Of a stretch of DNA of 64,000 nucleotides, positions 29,989 to 40,899 are shown in pieces. Both the position numbers and the translations under genes were made by a program. Source of the stretch: Nitrospirota bacterium (GTDB lineage Bacteria > Nitrospirota > UBA9217); NCBI GenBank assembly GCA_963749655.1, contig CAVVOB010000018.1, positions 32,001-96,000 on the forward strand, given 5' to 3'. The notes under the pieces were generated by a model. It searched no databases, was not told the DNA's origin, and worked only from the letters and a program-made list of their open reading frames with translations. Each line of letters starts with the position of its first letter. Within the stretch, counting starts at the first letter, position 1.

Positions 29989-30180
29989 ATGATAAAAGAC
30001 TGGCTGAAAGATATCTGTTTCGACGGTGAAAGCATCCTGGTCCAGGGCACAGCAGCCGAGGTCCCGGCCGGTAAAACGCTGACTTTATATAAAAGCGACG
30101 GAGTATCCGTGCTCCAGACCTTCAACCTCAGCGAAGCCACCAGAACCGCACGCGCATTCATTGGAAGGACTCCGGCATGA
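29989..30180 (+). CDS. small phage-virion-like protein
   Basis: TLTLYKSDGVSVLQTFNL; ATGA overlap with the next ORF; start uncertain (29944 or 29989). Confidence 0.45.
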   Translation: MIKDWLKDICFDGESILVQGTAAEVPAGKTLTLYKSDGVSVLQTFNLSEATRTARAFIGRTPA

Positions 30181-30539
30181 GCCTTATAGGGGAAGGCCTC
30201 GGCGGCCGCCAGCTCATTCTTCAAGGCCTCGGCGAATCAGTGCAATCCACGTCCGGATCGATCCAATCCCGCCAGCAGTCCAGCGGAACCGGCTACGTCG
30301 GCGACCAGATCGTTATTCCCCAGGGCGGCTTCGGCACTTTCCGTGGCGCATTCGGCGGCCGGTCGATATCGGTTCCAAAGCCCGTCATCATCGGAGTCGG
30401 TCATTCCATACAGAACCGCCAGCTATCCGACGCTGATGGAACATTCCAGGGGATGGGTTTAGGGGTAGGCGACTTCACCGAAGACGAAGTGATCGCGATG
30501 CTAATGATGGCGGCAGCAGAAGACCACGCTTTATTTTAG
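30177..30539 (+). CDS. Gly-rich hypothetical phage protein
   Basis: LIGEGLG/LILQGLG repeat; acidic-hydrophobic C-terminus. Confidence 0.55.
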   Translation: MSLIGEGLGGRQLILQGLGESVQSTSGSIQSRQQSSGTGYVGDQIVIPQGGFGTFRGAFGGRSISVPKPVIIGVGHSIQNRQLSDADGTFQGMGLGVGDFTEDEVIAMLMMAAAEDHALF

Positions 30540-30548
30540 GAGAGAAAA

Positions 30549-31055
30549 ATGAACAATCCAAAATTCGAACAAGCAGTCAAGTCATTCCGCCAGGCCGTAG
30601 AAGCCGAGGGTGTGCGCCAGGGCATGAAAAAGAAGAGCCTTGACAGATTGGCTGAACTCCAACGTAAAGAAGCCGAGCAACGTGACATCTTCGCCTCGGT
30701 CGAAAAAGAGACTGTTGTAATCGCGGGACGATGTGCGCTTGGGGATTACCCAGAAAGAGAGCTCGACTCCGCAGTTTCACGAAGGAGAGACGCGGCGGAC
30801 GCCTTGGCGTCCACGCAAATGATGATCAAATGCATTGAGCAAGACCTTCCCAAGTTGGAACCCGATCCAAGAAAAGATCCGCCGCTTGAGGAGGCTCGGT
30901 CTTCTTTTTTTAAGGAGGTGTTCGAGATCACACGCGCTGAATTACTCAGCACGCTCCCGCAACTGCATTTCGCTTTCGTTGCACGATGCATGGCTACCGG
31001 CATACTGAACCCCACCAGCGATATTGACTGGCACCTCTTTTTGAGGACGCTCTGA
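30549..31055 (+). CDS. hypothetical coiled-coil protein (may continue to ~31122 by frameshift)
   Basis: AGGAG RBS; 168-aa ORF. Confidence 0.6.
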   Translation: MNNPKFEQAVKSFRQAVEAEGVRQGMKKKSLDRLAELQRKEAEQRDIFASVEKETVVIAGRCALGDYPERELDSAVSRRRDAADALASTQMMIKCIEQDLPKLEPDPRKDPPLEEARSSFFKEVFEITRAELLSTLPQLHFAFVARCMATGILNPTSDIDWHLFLRTL

Positions 31056-31135
31056 GTTCCCGGCTCCGACCCGCGAAGAACGCGAGCGCATCGCTGCACA
31101 AATCCAGAATCTTATTCGTTGATGGAGGGCCCTTA

Positions 31136-31525
31136 ATGCTGATGCCAAAGCTATCTGTGCGTGAGCGTCTTCTGTACAAGCTAAAAAAGTATTCACACCT
31201 TCGTTCTGCCATGCACCAGACAGCGGATGGCGCTGCACGATTCAACCGTCTTGTTGAGCACGACGTTAACTTGCAGGCATGGCTGAGCGCCGAGCAACAT
31301 TCCATTGCTCAAGAGATCATTCGCAATACGCAGTTTTACTACTTCATGAAACAGAGGTCATCAGCGTCAATCTTCGAAATGTATGAGCATCTGGGCAGAA
31401 ATGGCTTTGTCACGCTAGAACAAGCTGCCACGGCTTTCAATGTGCCGCGCAATGAAATGCGAGAACGGATAAAAGAGTATCCAGCGCTTTTTGTAGGCTT
31501 CAACATCACTGTGACTGACGATTGA
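31136..31525 (+). CDS. hypothetical protein with C-terminal HTH-like motif
   Basis: VTLEQAATAFNVPRNEMRERIK; GGAGG RBS. Confidence 0.55.
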   Translation: MLMPKLSVRERLLYKLKKYSHLRSAMHQTADGAARFNRLVEHDVNLQAWLSAEQHSIAQEIIRNTQFYYFMKQRSSASIFEMYEHLGRNGFVTLEQAATAFNVPRNEMRERIKEYPALFVGFNITVTDD

Positions 31526-31537
31526 AAAAGGGATGTC

Positions 31538-32065
31538 ATGCTTGATATTAAAGTTTCCATAAACGGAGACAGGGTTGTACTGGAAAATCTTCAAGGGATC
31601 GCAGAGAGACTTCCCGAAGCCGTGGAACGCGGACTCACGCGATCCGCTGTAGGGATCCACGAGGCGGCCAAACGCTGGCTGTCCGGCGCCGGAGGGCAGA
31701 CGCGCTCTTATAGCCGCAAGTGGAGCGCTGGCGGAGAGGTCCGCCAGAAGAAAACATACGGCGCCGCAGCTGGAGGATATCCAGTTCCGGTCCGCACCGG
31801 GCACCTTCGGCAAGCGCTTGATTGGCTCGCACCGGGACAATCCAAAACCGGCGACACAGGCACGTTTGTTGCCGGCAGCGGCGAGGTCGTCATATTCGAT
31901 TCCGCGTCCTATGCCGACGCTGTCTTTCACGGTAAAGGTTCGTCAGCTTCATACGGTCCCCGCGACGCGCTCCAGGACGCCTTTGAGCTCTTCAATCACG
32001 GAGACAATATTCGCCGGTTGATTTCTGAGGAAATCCAGAAGGAGATCAATTCCCATGGGAAATAA
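31538..32065 (+). CDS. HK97 gp10 / Mu gpG-like neck or tail-completion protein
   Basis: PVPVRTGHLRQAL, SASYADAVFHG, GPRDAL; directly precedes the tape measure gene. Confidence 0.65.
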   Translation: MLDIKVSINGDRVVLENLQGIAERLPEAVERGLTRSAVGIHEAAKRWLSGAGGQTRSYSRKWSAGGEVRQKKTYGAAAGGYPVPVRTGHLRQALDWLAPGQSKTGDTGTFVAGSGEVVIFDSASYADAVFHGKGSSASYGPRDALQDAFELFNHGDNIRRLISEEIQKEINSHGK

Positions 32066-34007
32066 AATACAGATCAGCATAGAAGCTTATGAAAAATTCA
32101 AGGCTATGTTTTCCGAGCTCGATAAAGAGCTGAAGGGCGTGACAGAAGGCCACAAGAAAGTCGCTTCTGACAGCAGCTCCTCGTTCGGGAAAATCAAGGA
32201 AAACTGGCTGGCCATCACCGCAGCCGTGGCGGCAGCCACCGTCGCTGTCAACAAGTCCCTGGATTACATGGCCGAAGGGGCCAAGGCGCAGCAGGCCGAA
32301 GCCTCGTTTCGCCAGGTCGCCACGGCAGCAGGCGAGAGCGCCGACGAGATCCTTGAGGCGATGAAACGCGCTTCCAACGGTACCGTCGACGATTCTGACA
32401 TCATGCAAAAAGCGGTAAAGGGTATGCTTCAAGGACTATCGGGCGAACAGATGGTGAACATAATGGAGGCCGCGAGAGTGGCTGCACGGACGTCTGGCGA
32501 GGACGTGGGCACAGCATTCGAAAAGATCACCGACGCGATCGCAAACCAGATGCCTCGGGCACTGCAGCAGATGGGGCTCATCACGAAGGAACAACTGCAA
32601 ACGCTCAACGAAGAGATTGCCTCGGGCCAGACGAACGTGGACTTGTATTCGCTCGCCATGGCCAACGCCTCGGAACAACTTTCGAAATTTGGAGAATTAC
32701 AGACGAATAATGCAGAAAGGATGCAAAAATGGAAAGCAATGTTCAGTGAGCTGAAAGAGACGATCGGGACGGGTCTCTTGTGGCTCGGGGATAATGTCAT
32801 CGAGCCGTTCGTCGTGGTCGTAGAAAAAGCAGGGGCCAAGCTTGCACAGATTCTTACCAATATCGGCTCTATATGGAGCTGGGTAAAAAGTGGTTTCTCC
32901 GGAGGTATGAGCAGTCTCTTTTCCCAACTGGACGAGAATCAAAAACTCTATGATGAACAGGCCAGTGAGATAGATTCAAAACACAGCACCACATCAACGG
33001 CGGGATCTTCGTCGCTCTCTCAATTCAACGCAACAACACCTACAACAAGCGGCAGCACCGCCGATCCGAAAAAAGAGCTTGCCGCGTGGAAGGCTGCTCG
33101 CGAGGCAGAGATCAACTATGAACTCGGACTCGTTAAATTGGCCGAAAAGGAAGGCTCCATGTCCAAGGCCGAAGCGGCCGAGAAAAGCATTGCACTCTAT
33201 GAAGAGTTACTCGAAACACAGAAAAAATACCTCGCCAACATCAATCTTCTGACCGATCCGACTGGATGGAACAAACAGCAACAGGAAATACTGAAAACAA
33301 AAGAAACCCTCTTGGAATTGAATAACGAAATGAAAGAACAAACCGGCACATTGGGAGAGGGCTTCAGCCAGGGGATTGCGGAATACTTAAAAAACGTGAA
33401 GACCGCTTTCCAGCAGGGCAAAACCCTCGCCGATGACACCGCCAAGGCGATGGAACAGTCGTTCTCAGATTTATTCTTCGACGCCATGACCGGTGACATG
33501 AAGGACCTCAGTAGCTATCTCACATCTTTCCTGAATTCCATCGCCCGATCCCTGTCAAACAGAATCGGAGAGAACATAACCGACGGTATCCTCGGATCCA
33601 TATTTGGCGGCTCCTCGACAACTAGCGGCGCATCTCTCACGAATGCAACTACAGGGGCGTACGACATGGTCCCTACGGCTCACTCTGGGGGCTTGATCCT
33701 GCACAGCGGCGGGTATGTCCCCCGGTTTCACGTCGGCGGGCTCAGCTCCGATGAGCGGCCGGCCATTCTGCAGACCGGAGAGGGCGTGCTGTCCCGAAGA
33801 GGAATGGCGGCCTTCGACGCCATGAACAACGGCCAGGCGGGCGGCGGGAACGTGAACGTTGCCGTAAATATCGACAACAAGTCAAGCCAACAGGTAAACG
33901 CGCGTCAGACCGGATCTCAATTCGACGGGAAAAAGTGGGTTGTTTCGATGGTTCTTGAAGACTTGAATAATTATGGTCCGCTTCATCATGCGTTGAAAGC
34001 AAAATAA
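32055..34007 (+). CDS. phage tail tape measure protein
   Basis: 650 aa, Ala-rich and helical; C-terminal HSGG..PRFHVGGL..DERPAILQTGEGVLSR typical of tape measure C-termini. Confidence 0.88.
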   Translation: MGNKIQISIEAYEKFKAMFSELDKELKGVTEGHKKVASDSSSSFGKIKENWLAITAAVAAATVAVNKSLDYMAEGAKAQQAEASFRQVATAAGESADEILEAMKRASNGTVDDSDIMQKAVKGMLQGLSGEQMVNIMEAARVAARTSGEDVGTAFEKITDAIANQMPRALQQMGLITKEQLQTLNEEIASGQTNVDLYSLAMANASEQLSKFGELQTNNAERMQKWKAMFSELKETIGTGLLWLGDNVIEPFVVVVEKAGAKLAQILTNIGSIWSWVKSGFSGGMSSLFSQLDENQKLYDEQASEIDSKHSTTSTAGSSSLSQFNATTPTTSGSTADPKKELAAWKAAREAEINYELGLVKLAEKEGSMSKAEAAEKSIALYEELLETQKKYLANINLLTDPTGWNKQQQEILKTKETLLELNNEMKEQTGTLGEGFSQGIAEYLKNVKTAFQQGKTLADDTAKAMEQSFSDLFFDAMTGDMKDLSSYLTSFLNSIARSLSNRIGENITDGILGSIFGGSSTTSGASLTNATTGAYDMVPTAHSGGLILHSGGYVPRFHVGGLSSDERPAILQTGEGVLSRRGMAAFDAMNNGQAGGGNVNVAVNIDNKSSQQVNARQTGSQFDGKKWVVSMVLEDLNNYGPLHHALKAK

Positions 34008-34044
34008 AAAACTAATCGAAAGGCCACATAGGAGGGATCCATCC

Positions 34045-34731
34045 ATGGCGGGCGATTTTAACAAACCAACGGGCAGTTCACTGCGGACAATGTTCATGCA
34101 GGAGATCAGGGACATAATCAAAGACGTCGCGCTTATGGTCTACGTCGGCACGTCGAACATTCCCGACGGGCTCATCCGGTATAATGCATCGACCAAGATG
34201 TTTGAAAAATATACCGCCGGCACGACATCGTGGGCCGCGCTCGATCTCTCAGCCATGAATGCCGGACAGGTGGATGGGTTCGACGCAAATGTAACGCCGG
34301 GCAACAATCTCGTGGCCGTGGCGAGCGCCAGCGGCAAGCTCGCGGCCGGATGGGGCGGGGCTGCTTCCTCGCTCGCGACGCTCAACGCGAGCGCGAAGGT
34401 TGTGCAGGATCCGGCGAGTGCTGGGTCCGGCAATGGACTTGATTCCGATAAACTCGATGGAAAACATTGGGTTCAAGTTCTAAGCGGGTCACAGATTATA
34501 TCCGCCGGAGGTACTGCTGCTTTTGGGTTGAGCTATGGTTCTGGAGATCACACTTTTTATAGGTTTTCTACATACTGTAGTGGAAACTATCCAACTGTGA
34601 TGGGATACGACCCTACCGTTTCTTATGCCTATGTCAAAAAAGGATATACGGGACAGCAAGACAATTTCTTAATTAAAAACAACACTGGCTCACAGCAGAC
34701 ATTTTATTATCAAGTCTTTATTTGGATGTAG
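34045..34731 (+). CDS. tail-fibre / receptor-binding-like protein
   Basis: NAGQVDG and GSGNGLDSDKLDGKH fibre motifs; AT-richer, beta-rich C-terminus. Confidence 0.65.
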   Translation: MAGDFNKPTGSSLRTMFMQEIRDIIKDVALMVYVGTSNIPDGLIRYNASTKMFEKYTAGTTSWAALDLSAMNAGQVDGFDANVTPGNNLVAVASASGKLAAGWGGAASSLATLNASAKVVQDPASAGSGNGLDSDKLDGKHWVQVLSGSQIISAGGTAAFGLSYGSGDHTFYRFSTYCSGNYPTVMGYDPTVSYAYVKKGYTGQQDNFLIKNNTGSQQTFYYQVFIWM

Positions 34732-34781
34732 TCTGACACTACTGAAACTCAGAACGATCATGGTCTGCATCTCGGCGGGAC

Positions 34782-34850
34782 GGCGATCTGCTCACCCTGG
34801 ATGAGGCCGCGGGACCGCTGGGAGTAAAAGACCATTGGGGAGTGCGCTGA
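34782..34850 (+). pseudogene. excisionase-like HTH remnant
   Basis: Translates GDLLTLDEAAGPLGVKDHWGVR*; no in-frame start seen; directly upstream of int. Confidence 0.4.
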
Positions 34851-34882
34851 ATCACGGGCTCGCTATGCATACAGATTCTGCC

Positions 34883-34912
34883 TTGACTTCCATAACTGAC
34901 ATATCCTACAAT
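34883..34912 (+). promoter_or_regulatory. putative integrase promoter
   Basis: TTGACT-18-TACAAT, then GGGGAG RBS and ATG at 34937. Confidence 0.55.
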
Positions 34913-34936
34913 CTCCCTAAACGGGGGAGCCTGTGC

Positions 34937-36110
34937 ATGTCAGGTAAAGTACGGACACGAGAAAAGTGTCCACGCTGCAGCGGGGCGTTTAAGATCATCG
35001 AGGAAGTGGACATCTTCTGCCCGCCGTGCGGGACCAAGCCGGAATCTTTCTTCATTCGCCTCTACTGGCAGGGGAAAGAACACCGCATTGCGAAGGATCG
35101 GGACAATCATACCCTTGATAGCTACCGTCGTGCTCATCGGATGCTTGAAAAAATCCGCAGCGAGATAGACGGGCGGACCTTCGACCTCTCCGATTACCTG
35201 CCGAAAGAAATAGATCAATTCCGCGGTCATACCCTTCTCGCCAAAATGGTATGACTCGAAGGTTGCCCTGAACCGGGCGCCCTCTCACCTGCGCGAAGTC
35301 AAGCGATACGTCGATAAGTTGTTCATCCCCTTCTTCGGTGCCCTGGACTGCCGGGAGATCCGGACCTTTCACATCGAGGATTTTTTCAACACGCTCACCG
35401 GGAGCGACAAGACGAAAAAGAACGTCATGGTCATGCTTAAAAACTTCTGTCACTGGCTTCAGGACCGGGACATCCTGCTTCGCTTGCCGAAGTTCCCCGA
35501 GATATCGCCGGCGCTGCCGGTCATCATCTGGACCACAAAGGAAGTGCAGCTCAAGGTCTTGGCGGCCGTTCCCGAGAAGGACCGGGCTATATTCCAGTTT
35601 GCCATCTATCACCCGATCCGGCCGGGCGAACTCCGGGCGCTCCGGGTCAAGGATTTTCTGATGGATCAGGGTATGGTGCAGATCAGCCGGGCTTTCTCTC
35701 TCAAAGAGGAGCGATCGAGGAAGAACAAGAAGCCCTATTACCTTCCCCTGTCCGCGACGTTCGACCACTCAGTGCTCAAGGGGAAGCTGCCGGAGGCTTT
35801 TGTGTTCCTGAACGCAATAGGAAGGCCCTACACGGCGTCAGGACTGCGGAAGATATGGCAGAGGGCCTGCAAGAACGCCAAGGTGCCGTATATCAATTTC
35901 TACAACGCTACGCGCCATTCTATCGCTTCGCAGGCACTCAATGCAGGGGTATCACTGGACAGGATATCCGCAGCGCTCGGGCATAGCACTCTTGAGATAA
36001 CGCGCCGGTATGCGAGCTTGAATGTGCAAAGATTCCGTGACGTGGTGGATGGACTCGGACAAGTCTCGGACAAACAAAAAATCCGTGAGATAAACTCCAC
36101 GGATTTCTGA
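34937..36110 (+). CDS. int: tRNA-targeting tyrosine integrase with N-terminal Zn ribbon; frameshift near 35245
   Basis: CPRC...CPPC; IRPGELRAL, YNATRHS, LGH, TRRY; removing one A from GCCAAAATGG joins the two ORFs. Confidence 0.9.
36076..36106 (-). terminator. tRNA-Gly terminator supplied by the element
   Basis: Minus strand AAATCCGTG-N10-CACGGATTT-TTT. Confidence 0.75.
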
Positions 36111-36119
36111 AGGTAAAAA

Positions 36120-36195
36120 TGGAGCGGGCGACGGGTTTCGAACCCGCGACCCCAAGCTTGGGAAGCTTGTACTCTACCAGCTGAGCTACGCCCGC
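36120..36195 (-). tRNA. tRNA-Gly (CCC)
   Basis: GCGGGCGTAGCTCAGCTGGTAGAGTA-CAAGC-TTCCCAA-GCTTG-GGGTCGCGGGTTCGAAACCCGTCGCCCGCTCCA; 76-nt cloverleaf with encoded CCA. Confidence 0.98.
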
Positions 36196-36397
36196 TTTTC
36201 GTGGACCATTATAACGACGGCCGGCGGCCTTGTCAATCACGAAAAAAGAAAACCGCCTCTGGCTATGCACCTACCATCGCTTGCACGAAGACACGAGGCG
36301 ACGGGATATTCGATACAAGAGCCTTTTTCCGCGTCCTTCGAAGACTTGATCGGACCGCGAGAGATCATTGGCTATCCGTCCACGGATGACCGGCGGG

Positions 36398-36880
36398 TTA
36401 CAAAATGGACTTTATGTCCTGCTCAAGTTCCTCATCGCTCCCGAGGCCGATATACCGCTTCGCGATATTGCCGCTCTTGTCCAGAACGAGCAGCATGGGA
36501 ATGGAGCGCACCTGGTATTGATTTGCTACTTCCTCATCACCCTTGAGCACGATATAGGTCATACCTCTGTCGGAGACGAAGGCCTTTACCGAGTCCCATC
36601 CCCCCTGATCGAGTGAAACCGCAAGGATCACGAGCCCCTTGTCCTTGTAGGCTTTGTGGATCTTTTCGAGGCCCGTGATCGAATCACGGCACGGCGGACA
36701 CCACGTGGCCCAGAACTCCAGTACAACGACCTTTCCCTTGAAATCAGAAAGCTTCACGCTTTTGCCGTTCAGGTCCTGGAGGGTGAAATCGGGGGCCTTG
36801 GCGGAGTCCTTTGCGCTTCGCTGCGTGCAACCGGCCGCGAAGGCCAGCACGATAACGAAGGCTGCGAGATATTTTCTCAT
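36398..36880 (-). CDS. TlpA/ResA-like thiol-disulfide oxidoreductase lipoprotein
   Basis: Lipobox AAGC; APDFTL, FWATWCPPC. Confidence 0.92.
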   Translation of the reverse strand: MRKYLAAFVIVLAFAAGCTQRSAKDSAKAPDFTLQDLNGKSVKLSDFKGKVVVLEFWATWCPPCRDSITGLEKIHKAYKDKGLVILAVSLDQGGWDSVKAFVSDRGMTYIVLKGDEEVANQYQVRSIPMLLVLDKSGNIAKRYIGLGSDEELEQDIKSIL

Positions 36881-36922
36881 GATTAAGTGCATCTCCTCAT
36901 CCTGTCGACGGTCAGATAAAAC

Positions 36923-36948
36923 AAAAACTGCCCGTTAAAAACGGGCAG
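36923..36948 (-). terminator. terminator after trxA
   Basis: CTGCCCGT-loop-ACGGGCAG-TTTTT. Confidence 0.6.
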
Positions 36949-36983
36949 CCGAAAAAAGAAATTCATTCATGCTGCGAAAGGCT

Positions 36984-37307
36984 TTACTTTGCGAGCAAAG
37001 CGTCCACCTTCGTTTTGAGCTGCGCTTTCGGAACGGCGCCGACCACCTGGTCCACGGTCTGCCCGTTCTTGAAGAACATAAGCGTCGGGATTCCCATGAT
37101 CCGGTATTTGCCGGCAACGTCGGGATTCTCATCGGTGTTGAGCTTCATAACTTTGAGTTTCCCTTCGTATTCCTTCGAGATTTCATCCACGATCGGCGCC
37201 ACCATCCTGCACGGCCCGCACCAGACCGCCCAGAAGTCCACGAGGACCAGACCCGGCGCCTTTAAAACCTCCTGCTCCCATGTTGCACTCGTAACCGCTT
37301 CAGCCAT
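36984..37307 (-). CDS. trxA: thioredoxin
   Basis: [16 protein letters not shown]. Confidence 0.97.
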   Translation of the reverse strand: MAEAVTSATWEQEVLKAPGLVLVDFWAVWCGPCRMVAPIVDEISKEYEGKLKVMKLNTDENPDVAGKYRIMGIPTLMFFKNGQTVDQVVGAVPKAQLKTKVDALLAK

Positions 37308-37322
37308 GACAGCCTCCTCAAA

Positions 37323-37523
37323 TTATTTTGCAGTTGATAGTGGTGCGGATGATTTCTGCATCTTGATCGCGCCTTCTGGACAGACGCGCGGACAGGCCCC
37401 GCAATCGATGCACTCCAGGCCTATTGCAGCTTTCCCCTGCTCGATCGTTATCGCTTCTGTGGGGCAGACGTCCGGACACGCCCCGCACCCGGTGCATCTC
37501 TCTGTTGTGATCTTGTAATGCAT
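37323..37523 (-). CDS. 2[4Fe-4S] ferredoxin
   Basis: CTGCGACPDVCP and CIDCGACPRVCP. Confidence 0.93.
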   Translation of the reverse strand: MHYKITTERCTGCGACPDVCPTEAITIEQGKAAIGLECIDCGACPRVCPEGAIKMQKSSAPLSTAK

Positions 37524-37807
37524 ATAACAACTGTTTGGGATTATAAATCATGCCCTCACCCTTGTCAATATTTTTCCCCTCCGAGACCGAACAAAGCCGG
37601 GCAAAAACCGACGAGAAGGCATCTCCGGCCCCGGCAAGCCCTCCTGTGCGGGGTTCCATCGCAAATTCAGAACGCTGTTTGGCATGCGGCGCTGTTGTCA
37701 CGATACGCCTGCACCTCATGCTTAACTCCGCATCCTCATCCGGACCGTGACATCCGGACCGGGAACCTGTTGTCTCTTTGCGTCAGTTGTGGCATAATCT
37801 CTCCACG

Positions 37808-40800
37808 ATGAACGCAAGCCTTCTTCCTTACGGAAACGCCGGATGGAGCAGGAAGCTCCGCATGGTCGAGGACATTCTCACCGCACGTCCGGCCCCTCCC
37901 TGCATCTATAATGATGTGTTAATACTCGTCCCGTCAAGCCGGATGAAGCGCGTCTACAGCAGGCTCTTTCTCGATGCCGTAGAACGGCTGTTCGGCAGGA
38001 CTGCGCTCGTCCAACCGGAAATCCACACCCTTCATCAGTTCCTTCAGCGTCTCTACGAACAAATCGGCGGCCCCCCGCTCATAGATGAAAACAGCAGGCT
38101 CATCGTGCTCGAAGGCATCGTCAAGGAACGGCTGTCCGCGTCATTTCCGTTCAAGCTCAGCCCCGACCTGCTCGCCCCGTCGCTTTCTTCGGCCCTGGCA
38201 CAGATGATCGAGCAGCTTTCCGGCGCAGGCATCGGCCCTGGCGACCTCGCCCGCAAAATAGAAGGCTCGGAATTTTCCGGCAAACCGCAGGTGGATCTGC
38301 TCGTAACCGTCTACGGGCTGTACGAACAGCGGCTCCATGAGACCGGTCTCATCGACCCCGCGGGCATGCGCGTCTCGCTCCATGAGCGCTTCGATCCCGC
38401 CTGGTTCCGGCGGTTCCGCACGATCGTCATCGACAGCATCCAGGAGATCGGCGCACTCGATGCGGAGATTCTCAGGAAGGTCACGTCCTGCACGGATTGC
38501 ATATATCTCCTGGAGGCGTCGTCGTCGGACATGGTGATGCATGCTCCCGAAGGCCATCCCCTGAAGATCGTAAAAGACACCTTGGAAAAGATCGGACTCC
38601 CTCTTCCGGACGACGCTTCCTCTGCCGATGAAGAGCAGCTGTTCCTGGCGGGAGCGCTCTTCTCTGACCGGTCCTTTGCGGACTCGGCAGCGTCGGCGCC
38701 TGCATCGTTTGCGAAACAGATCAACGCCCTCTCGGCAATCAACACCCGAGAGGAAGTGACGCTCATCGCCGCAGAGGTCAAGAAGTCGCTCGGGAGCCGG
38801 ACGCCGGCTGACTCGATCCTGGTTGCCTTTCCCTCCCTCGACGACTACGGGCCCCTCGTGGAAGAGATCTTCACCGATTATGGCATCCCCTACAACCGCG
38901 CTCTCGGCCGGCAGCTCAGTTCCTCCGCTGTCGCCACCGCCGTGGTCTCGCTCCTGCGCGCCTGCCAGGAGGACTTCTCCGGCCCGTCGCTTCTCCGGAT
39001 ATTCAGCTCGCCGTTCCTGAAATTTTCCGAAGACCGCGCGATCGCCCCGGCCCTCGACCGTCTGCTGCGGCACAAGAGGATCATCGGCGGCAGGCAGAAA
39101 GTTCTCACGGCATTGAGGTCCCGCAGGTCCGACGAAACAGGCGCTGACGTTCTCACCGGGCCGGTCAACGATCTCTTCGCCGCGCTTGAGCCTTTTGCAA
39201 TGAAGGAAACCCTGCCGCTCCGTGTCTGGATGACGCGGCTGAGCGAGCTTCTCGCCTGGTCGGGCCTCGGCAAAAAAGTCGCCGAGGTCCACGGCCCTCT
39301 CAACATCAATCTCCAGGCCTACAAGAAGATCATTGAAACACTGGGTTCTCTTGACCGGGCCGGCCTCCTTTTTCCTGGATATACCTATACCTTTCATGAA
39401 TGGCTCTTTCTGCTGAAAAAAACCTTCATGCACATACGGTTCCAGGTTCCGCCCGAGGACGAGGGAGGGGTCCAGATCCTGGGTCTGGAAGAAAGTCTGG
39501 GACACCCCTGGCAGGAGATTTATCTCGGCGGGCTCGTGGACGGAAAATTCCCCCAGAGACTGCCCCAGAACATCTTTCTTCCCGAACAGATGCTCGAGGC
39601 CATGGGTGTGCGCACCCTCGAACGGGCGCGGCTGAGTGCGGCCCATCATTTTTACCGGCTTCTGCTCTCAGCGGACAGGGTCACTCTCACGTGGCCGGAG
39701 AACGAAGGAGACCGGCCCGCGGTACCGTCGCCGTTTTTGGAGGAGCTCACGCCTCTCAGAAAAGCCGGATTCATGAATCGAGGGCTGAAGAAGACCTCGG
39801 GAATTCAATTCAGCCTGAAAATCGAGGAAAGCCGCAGCATTCCCGAATTGGCAAAGGCGATCAGTCTCGCCGGAAACACTCCGGGGCTTGCCCCCCTGTG
39901 GACGTCTGACATCCCGGGCATATCAGGGATCAGGTCCGCCCTCGGCTCCGGGCCCGGGCCCGATTCCCCTTTCATCCCGCACCAAAAACACGAGTTCTGG
40001 GTCACCGAGCTCGATGCCTATCTCAATTGCCCCTACGACTATTATGTCACCCATGTTCTTGGCCTCGAACCGCTCGACGAAGTGACGGAAGATATATCCC
40101 CCCGGGAGCGGGGGAGCAAGGTGCACGCAATCCTCCGGGACTTTTACCTCTCCTGGAACAGGCCCGTCACGCGGCATACCAGGGACGAAGCTTCTGCGCT
40201 GCTGCAAAGGCTCGCCGACTCGGCTTTTGACAAAGAGGCCGATACCTTCCGGAATCGACGTGAAAAAGATCTGTTTCTCACCATCATGGCCGAGCGTTTC
40301 CTCGATGCCGAGGAGATGTTCTCTGAGCAGGGCATGCGTCCGGTCTATCTGGAGCAGAAGATCGAGCGCTTCCCCCTTGTTCTTGCGAACGGAGCGCAGG
40401 TAGAACTATCGGCCAAGATCGACCGCATCGACGTTGACGATCAGGGCAACTTCATCATTGTCGATTACAAGACCGGCAAGTATCCCCTGCCGAAAATGAA
40501 CACTCGAACAGGAGATTTTCCAGCTCCCGGTCTATGCCGTCATGGCACTGGCGCCGGGAGCGCTCGCGGCCAAAGGTCCTGCTCTCAGAAAAGCAATCGG
40601 CCTGGCATACTATGACCTCTCCGGCAAAACAGGGGCAGGAGCCCGTGACGTCGTGCTCTACAACAACGATACACGGAATGACCATCCTTCATCGAAACCA
40701 AGGGCAAGCGCAAAGAGTGCCGAGGAATTCGAGACAATCCTGATGCAGAGCATGGACAAGGCGCGCGGGGCCGTCGAATCCATCCTGGCGGGGAATTTTA

Positions 40801-40880
40801 CTTCCCGGCCCCGTGATGAGAATGCGTGTCGCTTTTGTGCGAATGAGATGATGTGCGAAAAGGAGTTCCAGCGGGAATAG
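37808..40880 (+). CDS. addB: AddB-like inactive-helicase / PD-(D/E)XK nuclease subunit; frameshift near 40505
   Basis: CPYDY, RGSKVH, KIDRID, IVDYKTG, QLPVYA after the shift, CRFC....C Fe-S staple. Confidence 0.85.
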
Positions 40881-40899
40881 TGATGTACCCGTAGCACCC

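Larger units (their letters stand above)
20172..36143 (+). mobile_element. ~16 kb phage-related integrative element (satellite-like or reduced prophage) in tRNA-Gly
   Basis: Flanking direct repeat of the tRNA 3' end, integrase next to the tRNA, and replication, TA and tail genes all on the + strand. Confidence 0.9.

Noticed and set aside
34045-34731. DGR or shufflon acting on the fibre gene
   Set aside because: No reverse transcriptase, template repeat, alternative 3' cassettes or repeated crossover sites are visible.
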